A DNA stretch of 64,000 nucleotides from Octopus sinensis (GCF_006345805.1 NC_043002.1:67146001-67210000), one strand, 5' to 3'. Numbered from the stretch's first letter, positions 25,890-38,336 are shown. A program made the numbers and translations. Notes: generated from the letters alone by a model not told the origin.

Positions 25890-28560
25890 CATAAAGTGAG
25901 CGCTAATATAGATCGGTATATAGAGAAGATGACTTCATACATTTTCGGATATCAGTCCCTCACGCAAATACCGCCAACAACTGGACGACTTTGTAGAAAC
26001 AACAAGAAGGAAAGTTTGTATAAGACGTGTTATACTATCGGAGGAGACAACGAAATCCACGATGAAATATTAAATCAAGTAAAGACATTTTAACAAAAAT
26101 AACAGCAACATTTCACAGCTCATTAAGAAGAAACCAATGTATCGTTATAGAAAAGGAAGTTGAAGTCACATATGCAAAGATAAATGATAACTCGAAATGA
26201 AAGAAGGGTTGCAATATCTGAAACAGAACTGGCTATTTTGCTTCAATGAACATGAAATCAAAACAACAAAGCTATATCTAAAATAATAAAGTCAATAAAG
26301 TTTATGAAAATGATGTCGATGGATTCCTATTCCCAATATTCAATAAAAAGCATTTGAACAACTCAGTAATAGACATTGATGGAAAGAAAATCTCAGTCAT
26401 GATAAGCTTTGGTGCACCATATAACATAATTGACTGGAAAAAAATTTTAATACGATGATAATGAATTTTAAAAAATGGCAACTTATAACTCCCACATTGT
26501 AAAACAAGAAAGATATAGCTATGTTCCTATATCACCAATTGAATTATTGGGAGAGGGTTGTTATTACACTATGACATGGATTCAGACTGCATTGGAAATT
26601 TATTGTTAAAAAATCCAAAGAAGCAAGCCGTTTAATTGATTAACGTTCTGAGTACTTTTAGAAACCCACCAACTTAACAAATTGGAAAAGAAAATCGAGG
26701 AAGCTGAGTGATGTTCAGTGTCAGCAAGACTTAATAGACATAATTGAAACAGAAAAATATTAATTTTTTGTCGTGAAGAATAAGAGAAGTCCAACATTTC
26801 GGTCAGAAGTACTTTGTCGGAGGAGGAGGATGTGTGAATTGTTTTAACCTATCAAAGTCTGTGCATCGATATTTATACCGTGTGTTATTAAAAAAGTCTT
26901 AATTTTTTTCAAATTCTAGGATTAAAAAAAGTAGATAGCGTAATTACGAGCTCTCTTGATGAGAATAGTAGAGGTGATAAGAAGTGAAGAGGTAGAGATT
27001 GGAGTCTAAGTGGTATGGGATGGGGATTTCTTGTTCCAGAGTGAGAAAATTTGGGGTAACATATGGTAAAAATTTGTATTGTTGGGGTGTCGGAGAGCTT
27101 CCTCCCAATAGCGATCAGTCGTTTAAACAACAACACTTTTTATCGGTTAGTGTTATCGTAATTTCACTATTACTTCGAATGTGTTGATGTACGTGAATTC
27201 ATGGACGGTAGTATTTCGTTGTTTGAAATTATACAGATCCATATTGCAACGACAAAACAAATGAACTGTGTGAAGTCAGACGTTCATGAAACGGTGTGCG
27301 GGTTAAACTTAGTTAAGCCGTGGGTGTACCGAGATTTGTTCCCTGTGCTGTTGAAAAGTCTTCAAACGATTTCAGTGCTAAGATTAAAGATAAATAGGTG
27401 TAGGTCAAGTTTCAAAGAAATAGTCTCTGATTGAGAAACTGAAGAACAGCAGTCTCACTACAATAATCTTTAAGGTGGATCCCATTTCACGTCAGGCAAC
27501 ATGCTGAGATTGAACTTGATACTTGATTGATTACAAGATATGATTGAAGAGGAAACTGGTCAAAAAATATGGTTCTCCCCAATGGTTGCAGTACCAAGAA
27601 TAAATAGTACATCCTGAGATTTTGTGTTAATCTATGACAAGCTAATAATACAGCTGTTCCTCATTCTAACAACTAAAGAAATTAAAGAACAATTGAATCG
27701 AGCGGTATTTTGAGGTGGCTACATATGAGCTACTATCAAAGAAAACCGCCTTTTCATTCACGTAACATAACATTCGCACCCTCTAAAGTTTCTTATCGTC
27801 AACAAAGATTATTTTACTGTATAAAGTTGATATTTAAACTATCCCAGCAAATAGCTGCCCCTTTTTCTTTTGAAATCAAACGTACTTTTTTAAATTACTT
27901 AGGTTATATCAGGATAAATCAGAGAAGTCTGATTTAACCCAGAGAGAACAGCTATCAGTTCTTAAGTGAAACAGCTTTAGTATTCAGAAGGAAAGCGATT
28001 TGGTGTTTTACTCTCAGTAGAGCTAGTCTAACTAAAGTCATACAGTTGATATATTCAACAAAACCAAATTACGTAGCTTTTGGAGATTAAGAAACTATTT
28101 GGTACTTTTCAAATCTAGCACCAAAATAGAGAAATTCCATAAACTAACAAAATTGGACGGTTAATAGATATTCCAGTGAATCACTTAAAATTACATTAAA
28201 TTAGCTGACCGATCTAATTTCTCCACAAACAATTATGAAATCTCCGCTTTTGTATTTGGTTTGCAAGATTCTTGATGGGAATTCCTGAGTTGAAACAAAT
28301 TTTTTTGTATCTTGGAAAGGACATTGCACCAGTGATTATAAATACAGGCACTGTTTTTCCCTTGTTTCTTTTCCGTGCGTGTTATTACAATTGGCATAAT
28401 GACCCTCCCAAGACACAAAATTATCATACCCTTCGTCAAGAAAGACAAAAGCATCATGTAAATAGTTGATGCCAGCATTTTGGTCTCGATGTAACTTCAT
28501 TCCAAACTAATAAAGAAAACATATTCAATGTTTTTCAGATTCTAGACTTTTATCAAAAAT
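25890..28560 (+). pseudogene. Highly decayed Ty3/Gypsy-like gag-pol remnant
   Basis: In order: zinc-knuckle-like CNI*NRTGYFAS (~26210), protease-like IDGKKISVMISFGAPYNIID (~26375), and RT-like MIEEETGQKIWFSPMVAVP..LRFCVNL*QAN..YQ..SRNITF..YRQQRLFY (27540-27850); many stops and frameshifts. Confidence 0.55.
26740..27450 (-). mobile_element. Insertion interrupting the Gypsy remnant, possibly a PLE 3' fragment
   Basis: Breaks protease-to-RT colinearity; minus strand has ..CTCCGACAAAGTACTTCTGACCGAAATGTTGG, resembling PLE terminal motifs. Confidence 0.35.
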
Positions 28561-28609
28561 TGGATAGAAGGTCATCCAAACAAAACAGAGAAATTTGGGA
28601 GAGTAAGTA

Positions 28610-28826
28610 CGAGGGGATGCTAAAAAGTTCCTGGCTTTAAGGGTATCACTAAAAGCCTGGTTGGAGGCCCAACCTTCCGAGTTCTTTTATAGAGTTTTCA
28701 AAAACTGAAGGACCACTGCAGTAAGTGTGTAAATCTGAGAGGGAAATATGTCGGATAAAATCATGATTAACTGATCCTCCTGTATTTTCTTTTACCCAAA
28801 GCCAGGAACTTTTAAGCATCCCCTCA
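28610..28826 (+). mobile_element. Mariner-derived MITE (internal deletion derivative)
   Basis: TIRs CGAGGGGATGCTAAAAAGTTCCTGGCTTT / AAAGCCAGGAACTTTTAAGCATCCCCTCA, TA on both sides (28608-9, 28827-8); interior encodes FQKLKDHCSKCVNLRGKYVG*, like a mariner C-terminus. Confidence 0.88.
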
Positions 28827-29049
28827 TATTTCAAAAATTCCATATTTATCTCTGTTAGAAACACTTTTCAATGATCTCTGATTATAGCACACTTTTTCAA
28901 ATCTAAAGCAAAAATTAAATGAAAACCCCTCGACATCTTCAATGAGGTTTGTGACTTGTGTCATAGAATTTTTCTATTGAAGTTGTTGGAAGTGATTTAA
29001 ATGCAGCAGAGGAATTGTTAAGATTCCTTAAAATACTGATTTCAAATTG

Positions 29050-29228
29050 AGGCGCAAGGCCAGCAATTTCGGGAGGGTGGGGTGTCTTTTATATCGAGTG
29101 CAGTGCTCGTCTGATAATTATTTTATCGTCCCCGAAACTATAAAAGACAAATTTGAACTCAGAACGTACAGACGAACGAAATGCTGCCAAGCATTTTACT
29201 TGGCGTTCTAACATTGCTGCTAGCTCGT
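29050..29228 (-). mobile_element. SINE family B
   Basis: GGCCAGCAATTTCGGG...TTTGAACTCAGAACGTAC...AAGCATTTT. Confidence 0.7.
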
Positions 29229-29336
29229 GCGTATTTCATTAATCAATAAAATTAACAATAAGTAAAAAGAAAATGTAAAAAATAAAGAGCAAAAAAAAGT
29301 ATAACCCCCACCCTTACCAGAACACAACAATCTACA

Positions 29337-29629
29337 TTATTTACATTATTTACATTTGACGGATATTTGTCCTAATCTTGTTTGTTGTTAACACACCGTT
29401 TCGGCTGATATACCCTCCAGCCTTCTTAGGTGTTTTGGGGAAATTTCGAACCTGGGTTCTCATTCCTAAATTTTAGTGTCACTCATAGTTTACATATAGG
29501 AATGAGAACCCCGGTTCGAAATTTCTCCAAGACATCTGATGAAAGCTGGCGGGTATATCAGCCGAAACGTTGTGTTAACAACAAACAAGAAGAGGACAAA
29601 TATCCGTCGAATGTAAATAATGTAAATAA
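29337..29629. mobile_element. Inverted pair of Penelope-like termini
   Basis: Arms 29337-29468 and 29497-29629 are about 90% reverse-complementary; right arm has CTGATGAAAGCTGG..CAGCCGAAACG and an (AATGTAAAT)n tail. Confidence 0.7.
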
Positions 29630-30180
29630 CGAACATAATTCCTCATCTCTTAAATATAGAACTGCACAACAATCTTGTTTAGAATAATAACAGTCTCATA
29701 CAAATCATCGAGTGTCTCGGAAAACGTTGTTAGATATAATTTTGTCACAGATATGACTAATTTATAACAAAGTAAACAATACCTTTTTTGTTTTTCATAT
29801 AGGTTTCCGTACAAAAATGGTCACTCGTGCATCACGAAGCTCCCAAAAGTTGAGAACCACAAAAGCAATTAATTTAAAGATGGTGAATTGATGGAAAGGA
29901 TTTGGTTGCGAATTTTGACAAGCCGAGGTCGATTTTGCTTTTGATTCTTCTGGGGTCGATGAAATATAATACCAGTTAAATACTAGGGTTGATATTATCG
30001 ACTATAATCCCTTTGCAGATACAATACCTTGTGCATATATTAGCAATATATTCTTTGTGTGGACCCACTTTACTATTTATAGAGATTCTCATGGTTAATA
30101 AACGGTTAAAACTGGGATATAAATTGATTCACATATGTAAACTATGAGCGACATTAAAATTAAATGCGTGTGTATAAATT

Positions 30181-30451
30181 GGGCTGTCAGATAAATTCAT
30201 TCGTTTCTTAGTCGTTATAAGTTTGTTAAAAAGATAAAATTTATTCATAAAAATGACAAACTAAAAGTTTATCAATTGCATTTTTTTTTTAATGAAATTA
30301 AAGTTTTATCAATGATTCTAAAGTTGTAGAGGAAAATTTATAGCTTAAAAATCCATAAATCATTGCAATAAAAATATTTTTCGTGTTAATTCAAATAAAA
30401 CTGAAGATAAAAATAAACGGAAAAAAAGCGAACGAATTTATATGACAGCCC
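30181..30451. mobile_element. Mariner-like MITE
   Basis: TIR GGGCTGTCAGATAAATTCATTCG vs CGAACGAATTTATATGACAGCCC; AT-rich interior. The superfamily call is by resemblance only. Confidence 0.7.
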
Positions 30452-31114
30452 ATTTACTTCGTTTCACGTATTTGCGTGTTATATAACTACGGTTATATAA
30501 ACTGTGGGCGTTAGCAGGATGCTGGAGTTGTTATTCTTCCGATGTATACCAGGTGGGTTCCCGCTTTGCCTTTGGTGGCAGCGGAAAAAAAAAGGGAGAA
30601 GGAAAAATAAAATTGCATCAACACTAAAAAGGCTCGACCGTGTAGTGTTGGAATCAAAGCACAGACACCGTATAGACACGTACAGACAGAAGCAAGTTGA
30701 CGCCTATGGCAAGTGAAGATTAAACTAAATAACGAAGATGAACAAAGAACACTGACCACACCTTTTTCTAAATCTGGATTCCTGTTTCCGGCCATTGTTT
30801 GTATTAGAACGCTAGATGAGAGAGAGAGAGAGAGACAGAGAGGGGGAGGGGAATATTGAGTGAAAGAGAGAAAGAAGATGACAAAGTGTATGAGTGTGTA
30901 TTAATGAAACGCAATGTTAATAAATTTTCAGATAAAGAACACCGATAAATAAAGTCACAAAGTTTGAGATGGTACAGACGTCAGTATTATTGTTTCTAAT
31001 GCCTAATTTTAAAATACATAAATATATAGATTATTTTTTTTATTTGCATACGTTTCTGATATACAGACAAATATTACTATGCACATTTATTAATATCTAT
31101 TAATATGTACATAG

Positions 31115-31265
31115 ACACAAGCACGGCTGTGTACTTAAGAAGCTCGCTTTTGAACTACCTGGTTCCGGGTCCAGTAACATAGCACGGCGCCTTGGGTGTC
31201 TTTTACTATAGCCAACCCTAGGCCGACCAATGCCTTGTGAATTAATTCGGCAGACGGAAACCGCA
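31115..31265 (+). mobile_element. SINE family A-related head, diverged
   Basis: GCACGGCTGTGTACTTAAGAAGC..GGTTCCGGG..GCCGACCAATGCCTTGTGA..GACGGAAAC. Confidence 0.65.
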
Positions 31266-31321
31266 GTCTTGTGACTGAAACACGTCAAGGATAAAAGAAA
31301 AGATATATGGACTATTGCCGT

Positions 31322-31640
31322 CATTTTTTTTTATTTGTGCCCTTTTCAAGCCTAGCCAGGCTCATGGGCCCGGTTTCCCGGTTTCTATGGCGTATGTGTT
31401 CCCCCCAGCTGGACGGGACGCCAGTCCATCACAACGTTACTCAAGAAACAGGAAGAAAGAGTGAGAGGAAGTTGGGCGAAGGAGTACAACAGAGGTCGTC
31501 ACCCACCCCCTGCCGGAGTCTCGTAGAGCTTTAGGTGTTTTCGCTCAATAAAAACACACAACGCCCGGTCTGGGAATCGAAACCGCGATCCACCGACCGC
31601 GAGTCCGCTGCCCTAACCACTGGGCCATTGCGCCTCCACA
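31322..31640 (-). mobile_element. SINE family C, full length
   Basis: Minus strand GGAGGCGCAATGGCCCAGTGGTTAGGGCAGCGGACTC head, GATGGACTGGCGTCCCGTCCAG body and A-rich tail. Confidence 0.9.
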
Positions 31641-31883
31641 TTGCCGTAATTTACTACAGAAAAACGTATATATAGATTTTTAGCCATGACATTCCGTCTA
31701 CATACACAATATGTTCGTAAACAGAAAAAGAAGGAATAACTAAATATGCTGCACATTTTCAATCTATTTAGAGTTTCGTTTAACCGCAGTTATATAACAA
31801 ACGCAAATATGTGAAATAAAGTAAATGGCTTGTCATATACACTCGTTCGTTTTTTTCCGTTTATTTTTATCTTCAATTGTGTA

Positions 31884-31955
31884 GGTCTCATGATGTAATG
31901 GTTAGCATTCTGGACTCTGAATCCATCGATACGAGTTCAAGTCTCGGTGAGACCT
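31884..31955 (+). tRNA. trnQ: tRNA-Gln(CTG), variant or young pseudogene
   Basis: GGTCTCA/TGAGACC acceptor stem, D stem GATG/CATT, anticodon loop CTCTGAA, T loop TTCAAGT; 72 nt; one mismatch each at the base of the anticodon and T stems. Confidence 0.8.
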
Positions 31956-31969
31956 TATATACTTTACTA

Positions 31970-32352
31970 GGCGCAGGAGTGGCTGTGTGGTAAGTAGCTT
32001 GCATACTAACCACATGTTTCCGGGTTCATTCCCACGGTGTGGGACCTTGGGCCGACCAAAGCCTTGTGAGTGGATTTGGTAGACAGAAACTGAAAGAAGC
32101 CCGTCGTATATATGTATATATGTGTATGTGTGTATATATATTTGTGTGTCTGTGTTTGTCCCCCACCAACATGGCTTGACAACCGATGCTGGTGTGTTTA
32201 CGTCCCCGTAACTTAGCGGTTCGACAAAAAAATTCGATATGATAACTACTAGGCTTACAAAGAATAAGTCGTGGGGTCGATTTGCTCGACTAAAGGCGGT
32301 GCTCCAGCATGGCCACAGTCAAATGACTGAAACAAGTAAAAGACCAAAAGAG
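31970..32352 (+). mobile_element. SINE family A with a short internal deletion
   Basis: Head to tail match; lacks the CAAGTGTCTTCTACTATAGCCTCG segment. Confidence 0.9.
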
Positions 32353-32461
32353 TATTCCTTTACTATCCCCGAACTCATTGATGTTTATAGCTAAAGTAAA
32401 CTGGACAAATTTGAATAATTTGAGGCTCTCTAGGAAGTTATCTTCGAATATTAGATTAGCG

Positions 32462-32838
32462 GTATTCTTTTATTCTTTTACTTGTCTAAACCATTTGACT
32501 GCGGCCATGTTGGAATACCGCCTTAAAGGGTCTTCAGTCGAAGAAATCGACGCCATGACTTATATCTTTCAAAGTCTAATACTTAATCTATCGGTGTCTT
32601 TTGCCGAACCGCTAAGGTACGGGGAGATGAACACACTAACATCGGTTGTCAAACGATGGTGAGGGGACAAACACAGACACAAAGACACACACATATAAAC
32701 ACACACACACACATGCGACAGGCGCTTTCAGTTTCCGTCTACCAAACCCTCTCACAAGGCTTTGCTCAAGGTGTCACGCAGTGGGACTGAACCTAGAACC
32801 ATGTGGTTAGCAAGCTTCTTACCACACAGCCACGCCTG
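32462..32838 (-). mobile_element. SINE family A, variant subfamily
   Basis: Reverse-complement match with variant 3' body (CCTTAAAGGG..GTCGAAGAAATCGAC). Confidence 0.85.
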
Positions 32839-32899
32839 AGTGCTTCGTTTCGCTGTTATTAGAAAACACATCGATGCATTTGTAGCCAACACTGAATGA

Positions 32900-32992
32900 G
32901 GTGTGACTGTGTAATGAGAAGATTGATTCCCAGCCACATGGTTCCAGATTCGGTCCCACAGCGTGGCACCTTGGGCAAGTGTCTTCCACTAT
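32900..32992 (+). mobile_element. SINE family A head fragment
   Basis: CCACATGGTTCCAGATTCGGTCCCACAGCGTGGCACCTTGGGCAAGTGTCTTC. Confidence 0.75.
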
Positions 32993-33699
32993 ATATGTAT
33001 GCATGTATACACACATGTACGCATGTGTACATGCACATCCATGCACGTCCACATGGTCGCAGGAAGGCACATGCGGAGCGTATTAGATGCTGAGTTCGAA
33101 CGTTCGACATATTTTGATACACGCATGTATGCTTACACGTGTATATACACGTACATTGGTATATGCATGCATGTATGTATATATGCACACATGTATATAA
33201 GTATGTGTGTGCGTGGGACATCAGTCTTTCCTCTGTCCAGCTATTCTACATTCACTATCACAGGCTGCCACAATGTCCGTCTTGATACTTATATTTTTTT
33301 CCCCTCTGCTTAGTCATTCCTATACAATAGTTGTTTCTAACAGACGTCGACATACCCCAAAATAGATTCTTCACAAACCGACAATAGTTCTCGTTCTCAC
33401 AAACAAACACCGTCAAACTATTACAATCCGCATCACATAAGTTGATGCTCTCCTAGCTCGTATGTCACTGTGTTCCTCGACGTGAATTTCTGAGCTCACT
33501 GCCACCTTCTACCACAGAGTCTCAGTGTATAACATTCAGCAACAGATTACAATATACTCTTTTGTCATCTCTCTTATCTAACAAAAATAAACAGTACTTC
33601 TAGTAAAGAGCTATAAACGGCAAAAATGACCATTGAAGTAGATGATTTCCTGACTAACTTGTTTAAATATAGCCTAGTTCGCTTTTTACTTCAGTTTGT

Positions 33700-33738
33700 G
33701 CATGTGTGTCTGTGTATATACATATAAACATGCGTATA

Positions 33739-33792
<54 letters not shown>

Positions 33793-33933
33793 TATATATA
33801 CACACATATATATATACATATATATACAAGCATGTATATATACATATATATATGTGTGTGTGTGCATATCTACACATATACACATGTGTGCATATTTACA
33901 CATACATATATATATATGTATATATGTATGTGC

Positions 33934-33964
<31 letters not shown>

Positions 33965-34115
33965 CATATATATATGTGTGTGTGTATATCTACACATATA
34001 CACGTGTGCATATTTACACATACATATATATATGTATATATGTATGTGCATATATATATATATACACACACCAGCATACATACATATACACACACAGAGT
34101 CACACACATATGTAT
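33700..34115. repeat. Compound (TA)n/(TG)n microsatellite with GCATATTTACACATAC subrepeats
   Basis: Seen directly. Confidence 0.95.
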
Positions 34116-34779
34116 ATAGATGTATTTACGCGCAATAGCCCTGTGTACTATAAAAGCGATGTAAAACTGCAGCCGAATCATTGAAATAAGAGAAACAACT
34201 TGTTTTTCTTCACATTAACAAGTTTGATCGCTTCTTGCTACCGCAGAATGTTTGTTTGTATTATTCTATAATCATTACACACACATCCGCACACGTGTTC
34301 GTGGAAAAACGAAATTTTATATATAGACAAACGTTTGTCTTCGTTGTTTGTGTAAGCTTCTCCATAAACGTTTATGAATGTGATTTGGAAGACATAATCT
34401 TTTACCGTTGTGAATGACATAAACACAAATATGTAAAAATATATACGTTTATTACTCAACGGTTTTAAAGCTTCATGGAGATGACTTTACACCAAATGAC
34501 GATGCGAGCGTTGGTTTTATTTCGTTTCGTACTGTTTGTGCATTTATGAGAAACAATACAGAAATGCCGTTCGCAGTAGTTACATGGTCGGGTTGTATAT
34601 AATATTTTTGTATTTTAGAGTTACAACGAGCAGTTTGTAAAATATAGCATTACGTTTATTATGTCATAAAATGAACAAATGTATTCGTAGAATAACATAC
34701 ACACACATACGACACTCATTTGTAGATTGTCATAACTAGATATAATTTCTTTATGTGTGTGTGTGCATCTATCTATCAA

Positions 34780-34818
<39 letters not shown>

Positions 34819-34821
34819 ATA

Positions 34822-34866
<45 letters not shown>

Positions 34867-35263
34867 TGTGTGTGTGTGTGTGTCTGTGTGTGTGTATTTG
34901 TATACTTACATACGCAACAGATATAAGCTCTAAAGTTGTGTTTCAGTTAGAAGGCGAACGCATTTAACAATGTATAAACTACATCTGTTCTGGGATTTGT
35001 CTCAAACAGAGAGTAGTTACACAATACCCGACCGACCAACGGAATAAGGGATAAAACGAGCGCGAACAGATGCCTATAAACTGCTCTTTTGATCCGAGTG
35101 GGACAAAAGTCAAAACTATCCACGCCGGGATATAAATTCGGAAAGTAAGAAAAGAAAAGCAAATACAATAAAATATTTCTTGTAGTGCACTTACGTTTCT
35201 GTTATTCTTCTCTTTAATTAATTGATTTTTTTTATATCTCAAGCAAATTCTACCCATTTTGAA

Positions 35264-35320
35264 GGCGGCGAGCTGGCAGAATCGTTAGCACGCCGGGCGA
35301 AATGCTTAGCAATATTCCGC
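35264..35320 (+). mobile_element. SINE family B head, cut by an oppositely oriented family A copy
   Basis: GGCGGCGAGCTGGCAGAATCGTTAGCACGCCGGGCGAAATGCTTAGC directly abuts the A tail. Confidence 0.85.
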
Positions 35321-35322
35321 CT

Positions 35323-35594
35323 ATTACTCTTTACTCTTTTACTCTCTCACTTGTTTCAGTCCTTTGACTGTGGCCATGCTGCAGCAACGTCTTTAGTCGA
35401 GCAAATCGATCCCAGGACTTATTCTTTGTAAGTACTTATTCTATCGGTCTCTTTTGCCGAAACGCTACGTTACGGGGACGTAAACACACCAGCATCGGTT
35501 GTCAAGCGATGTTGGGGGGAAAAACACAAACACACACACACACACATACACATATATATGTACGACGGGCTTCTTTCAGTTTCCGTCTACCAAA
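35323..35594 (-). mobile_element. SINE family A, 5'-truncated
   Basis: Tail and body up to CCGTCTACCAAAT. Confidence 0.88.
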
Positions 35595-35997
35595 TACATG
35601 AAGTCGCATGAAACTCATGAGTCGCATGAAACGATCATACTGCATAACCGCTAGATATCCTTGTTGTTTATTTTGGTTTTAATCACCTTTTTTGAAATTG
35701 TATGGATAATACCATACTAAATTCTGGTGCCTCAACTTAAATTCCATGTTCATTTGAACGTAAATTATATATATATTGTTATGTGTGTGTGAGTGTGTAA
35801 ACGTATGTGTGTATTAACTTTTTCTTAAAAATAGATTTTATCCGAAACGTCGAATTTTTCACTCTCCACTTTTTGTCGATTCTAATAAATAATGCAAGAT
35901 TTTCAGACGAAGACCAACACCAATCTCTTCGGAGTCTGTTTAATTGTATACACACACACACACACATATACGTGTGTAGGGATATTTATACACTACT

Positions 35998-36059
<62 letters not shown>

Positions 36060-36184
36060 AATCATCTATCTACACACACACACGCACACACCACACACAC
36101 AATTCGGACAGATTTGGATAATATCTTTTGTTGACAATGAAAAGGCTTTTGGTAATCTACATAAGATTACAGCTTAGAAGGTAC

Positions 36185-36700
36185 CACGTTATAATTTGGC
36201 CAAAAAGTATGTCAATCTCATAAGTGCAGTACTTCAAGTAAGCAAATGTCGAATAAGCTTAGATGGTCAGCTTACACACGAATTTGATTTGGGGAGTGGA
36301 GTGCTGCAGGGAGATGTTCTATCGCTTCTCTTATTTCTTCTAATAATCTACGCCATGAAGACGACAATGAGAAATGGAAGAGAAGGAATGGGAAGATGAA
36401 TCTATGGAAAGTATTTGACGGATTTGGGTTATTCTGATGACAAGGTTTTGCTTAGTAATGAAAGATAGAAAATGCAAAGAATGATATTCAGGTCTTGATG
36501 AAACAGGCTAAGTGTGTGGTCTTAAAGATTAACATCGATAAAACGAAAATTATGGAAATGGAACAAAAGGATGGTTGAAATGTGTCATTGAATGGTTACA
36601 CACTTCAAATGTCAAATCAGTTTGGATATCGTGGAATTTTTATAGACAGTGACGGGATTTTGGTAACCGAATTAAATGAAAGACGTTAGTTGCTGAATTA
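36185..36700 (+). pseudogene. RTE-like LINE reverse transcriptase fragment
   Basis: GSGVLQGDVLSLLLFLL, then (other frames) DLGYSDDKVLLS and LKINIDKTKIM; these match RT motifs GV.QG..LSP.LF, (Y/F)ADD and IN..KTK.M. Confidence 0.7.
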
Positions 36701-36774
36701 TATGAAATATCTAGGAAGAGAGAATCTATCTATCTATCTATCTATCTATATATATATATATATAATATATATAT

Positions 36775-37171
36775 TACTCTTTTACTTGTTTCAGTCATTT
36801 GACTGTGGCCATGCTGGATCACCGCCTTTAGTCGAGTAAATCGACCCCCAAGACTTATTCTTTGTAAGCCTAGTACTTATTCTATCGGTCTCCTTTGCCG
36901 AACCGCTAAGTTACGGGGACGTAAACACACCAGCATCGGTTATCAAGCGATGTTGGGGCGGAGGGACAAAGACAGACACACAAACATACACACACATATA
37001 TATATACATATATACGGCGGGCTTCTTTCAGTTTCCGTCTAAAAAATCCTCTCACAAGGCTTTAGTCGGCCCGAGGCTATAGTAGAAGACACTTGCACAA
37101 AGTACCACGCAGTGGGACTGAACTCAGAACCATGTGGTTGGTATGAAAGCTACTTACTACACAGCCACTCC

Positions 37172-37172
<1 letters not shown>
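36775..37172 (-). mobile_element. SINE family A, near full length
   Basis: Reverse-complement match to consensus. Confidence 0.9.
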
Positions 37173-37338
<166 letters not shown>

Positions 37339-37689
37339 AGGTGGTTATTCGCAATGCAGACCGAAAGGTAGACGTTTAGTCGTCACTAGAGTGGCTGAGG
37401 GTGCTAGTCAGCTCCAGCATCGCTAGAAATAAAGGTCAAAACAACGCTAAGCTACGTGAGAGCAGTTTTCTAACAACTGAGAAGGGAAGGGAAGCAAGTT
37501 CCCTACGGCAAGCGAGATGGAGTCATATCATCGATGATTTCAGATTTAGTTAATCTTCATCAGTGACCCATTATTCCGTCGCCGAGGGTTAAAAACTTAA
37601 CCCTTGTCAGTCTTATAGAGAATACCACGGGAAAGATTGACTGATTCCGAATATATATATGTGTATGTGTGTGTGTGTGTGTGTGTAAT

Positions 37690-37905
37690 TAATCCCCCCA
37701 CCCCCAAAAAACGAAGAAAAAAAACAAGTAAAAACAACACGAGAAAGTGGTACATGCAAAGTATTAAAAGTCGCTCAGGGAAGGAAAGAAAGGTTGTTTT
37801 ACGTTTCGAGCAAAACTCTTCTTCAGAAACAAGAGACAGAGGAAAGTCCAAGAAAAAAGGAAGATGGAGTTAAAAAATCGCCAACAATCCACGTGTAGAT
37901 ACAAT
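37690..37905 (-). mobile_element. Penelope-like terminal fragment, diverged
   Basis: Minus strand CTGAAGAAGAGTTTTGCTCGAAACGT...GAGCGAC; homolog of 11405-11610. Confidence 0.55.
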
Positions 37906-37919
37906 ATATATATATTATA

Positions 37920-37993
<74 letters not shown>

Positions 37994-37996
37994 ATA

Positions 37997-38056
<60 letters not shown>

Positions 38057-38063
38057 ATATATG

Positions 38064-38098
<35 letters not shown>

Positions 38099-38174
38099 TA
38101 TATATATATATATATATATGCATGTATCTATGTATATATTATATTATATATATATATATATATATGCATGTATC

Positions 38175-38212
<38 letters not shown>

Positions 38213-38218
38213 TGTATC

Positions 38219-38260
<42 letters not shown>

Positions 38261-38270
38261 TGTATCTATG

Positions 38271-38303
<33 letters not shown>

Positions 38304-38336
38304 CATGTATCTATGTATATATATATATATAATATA

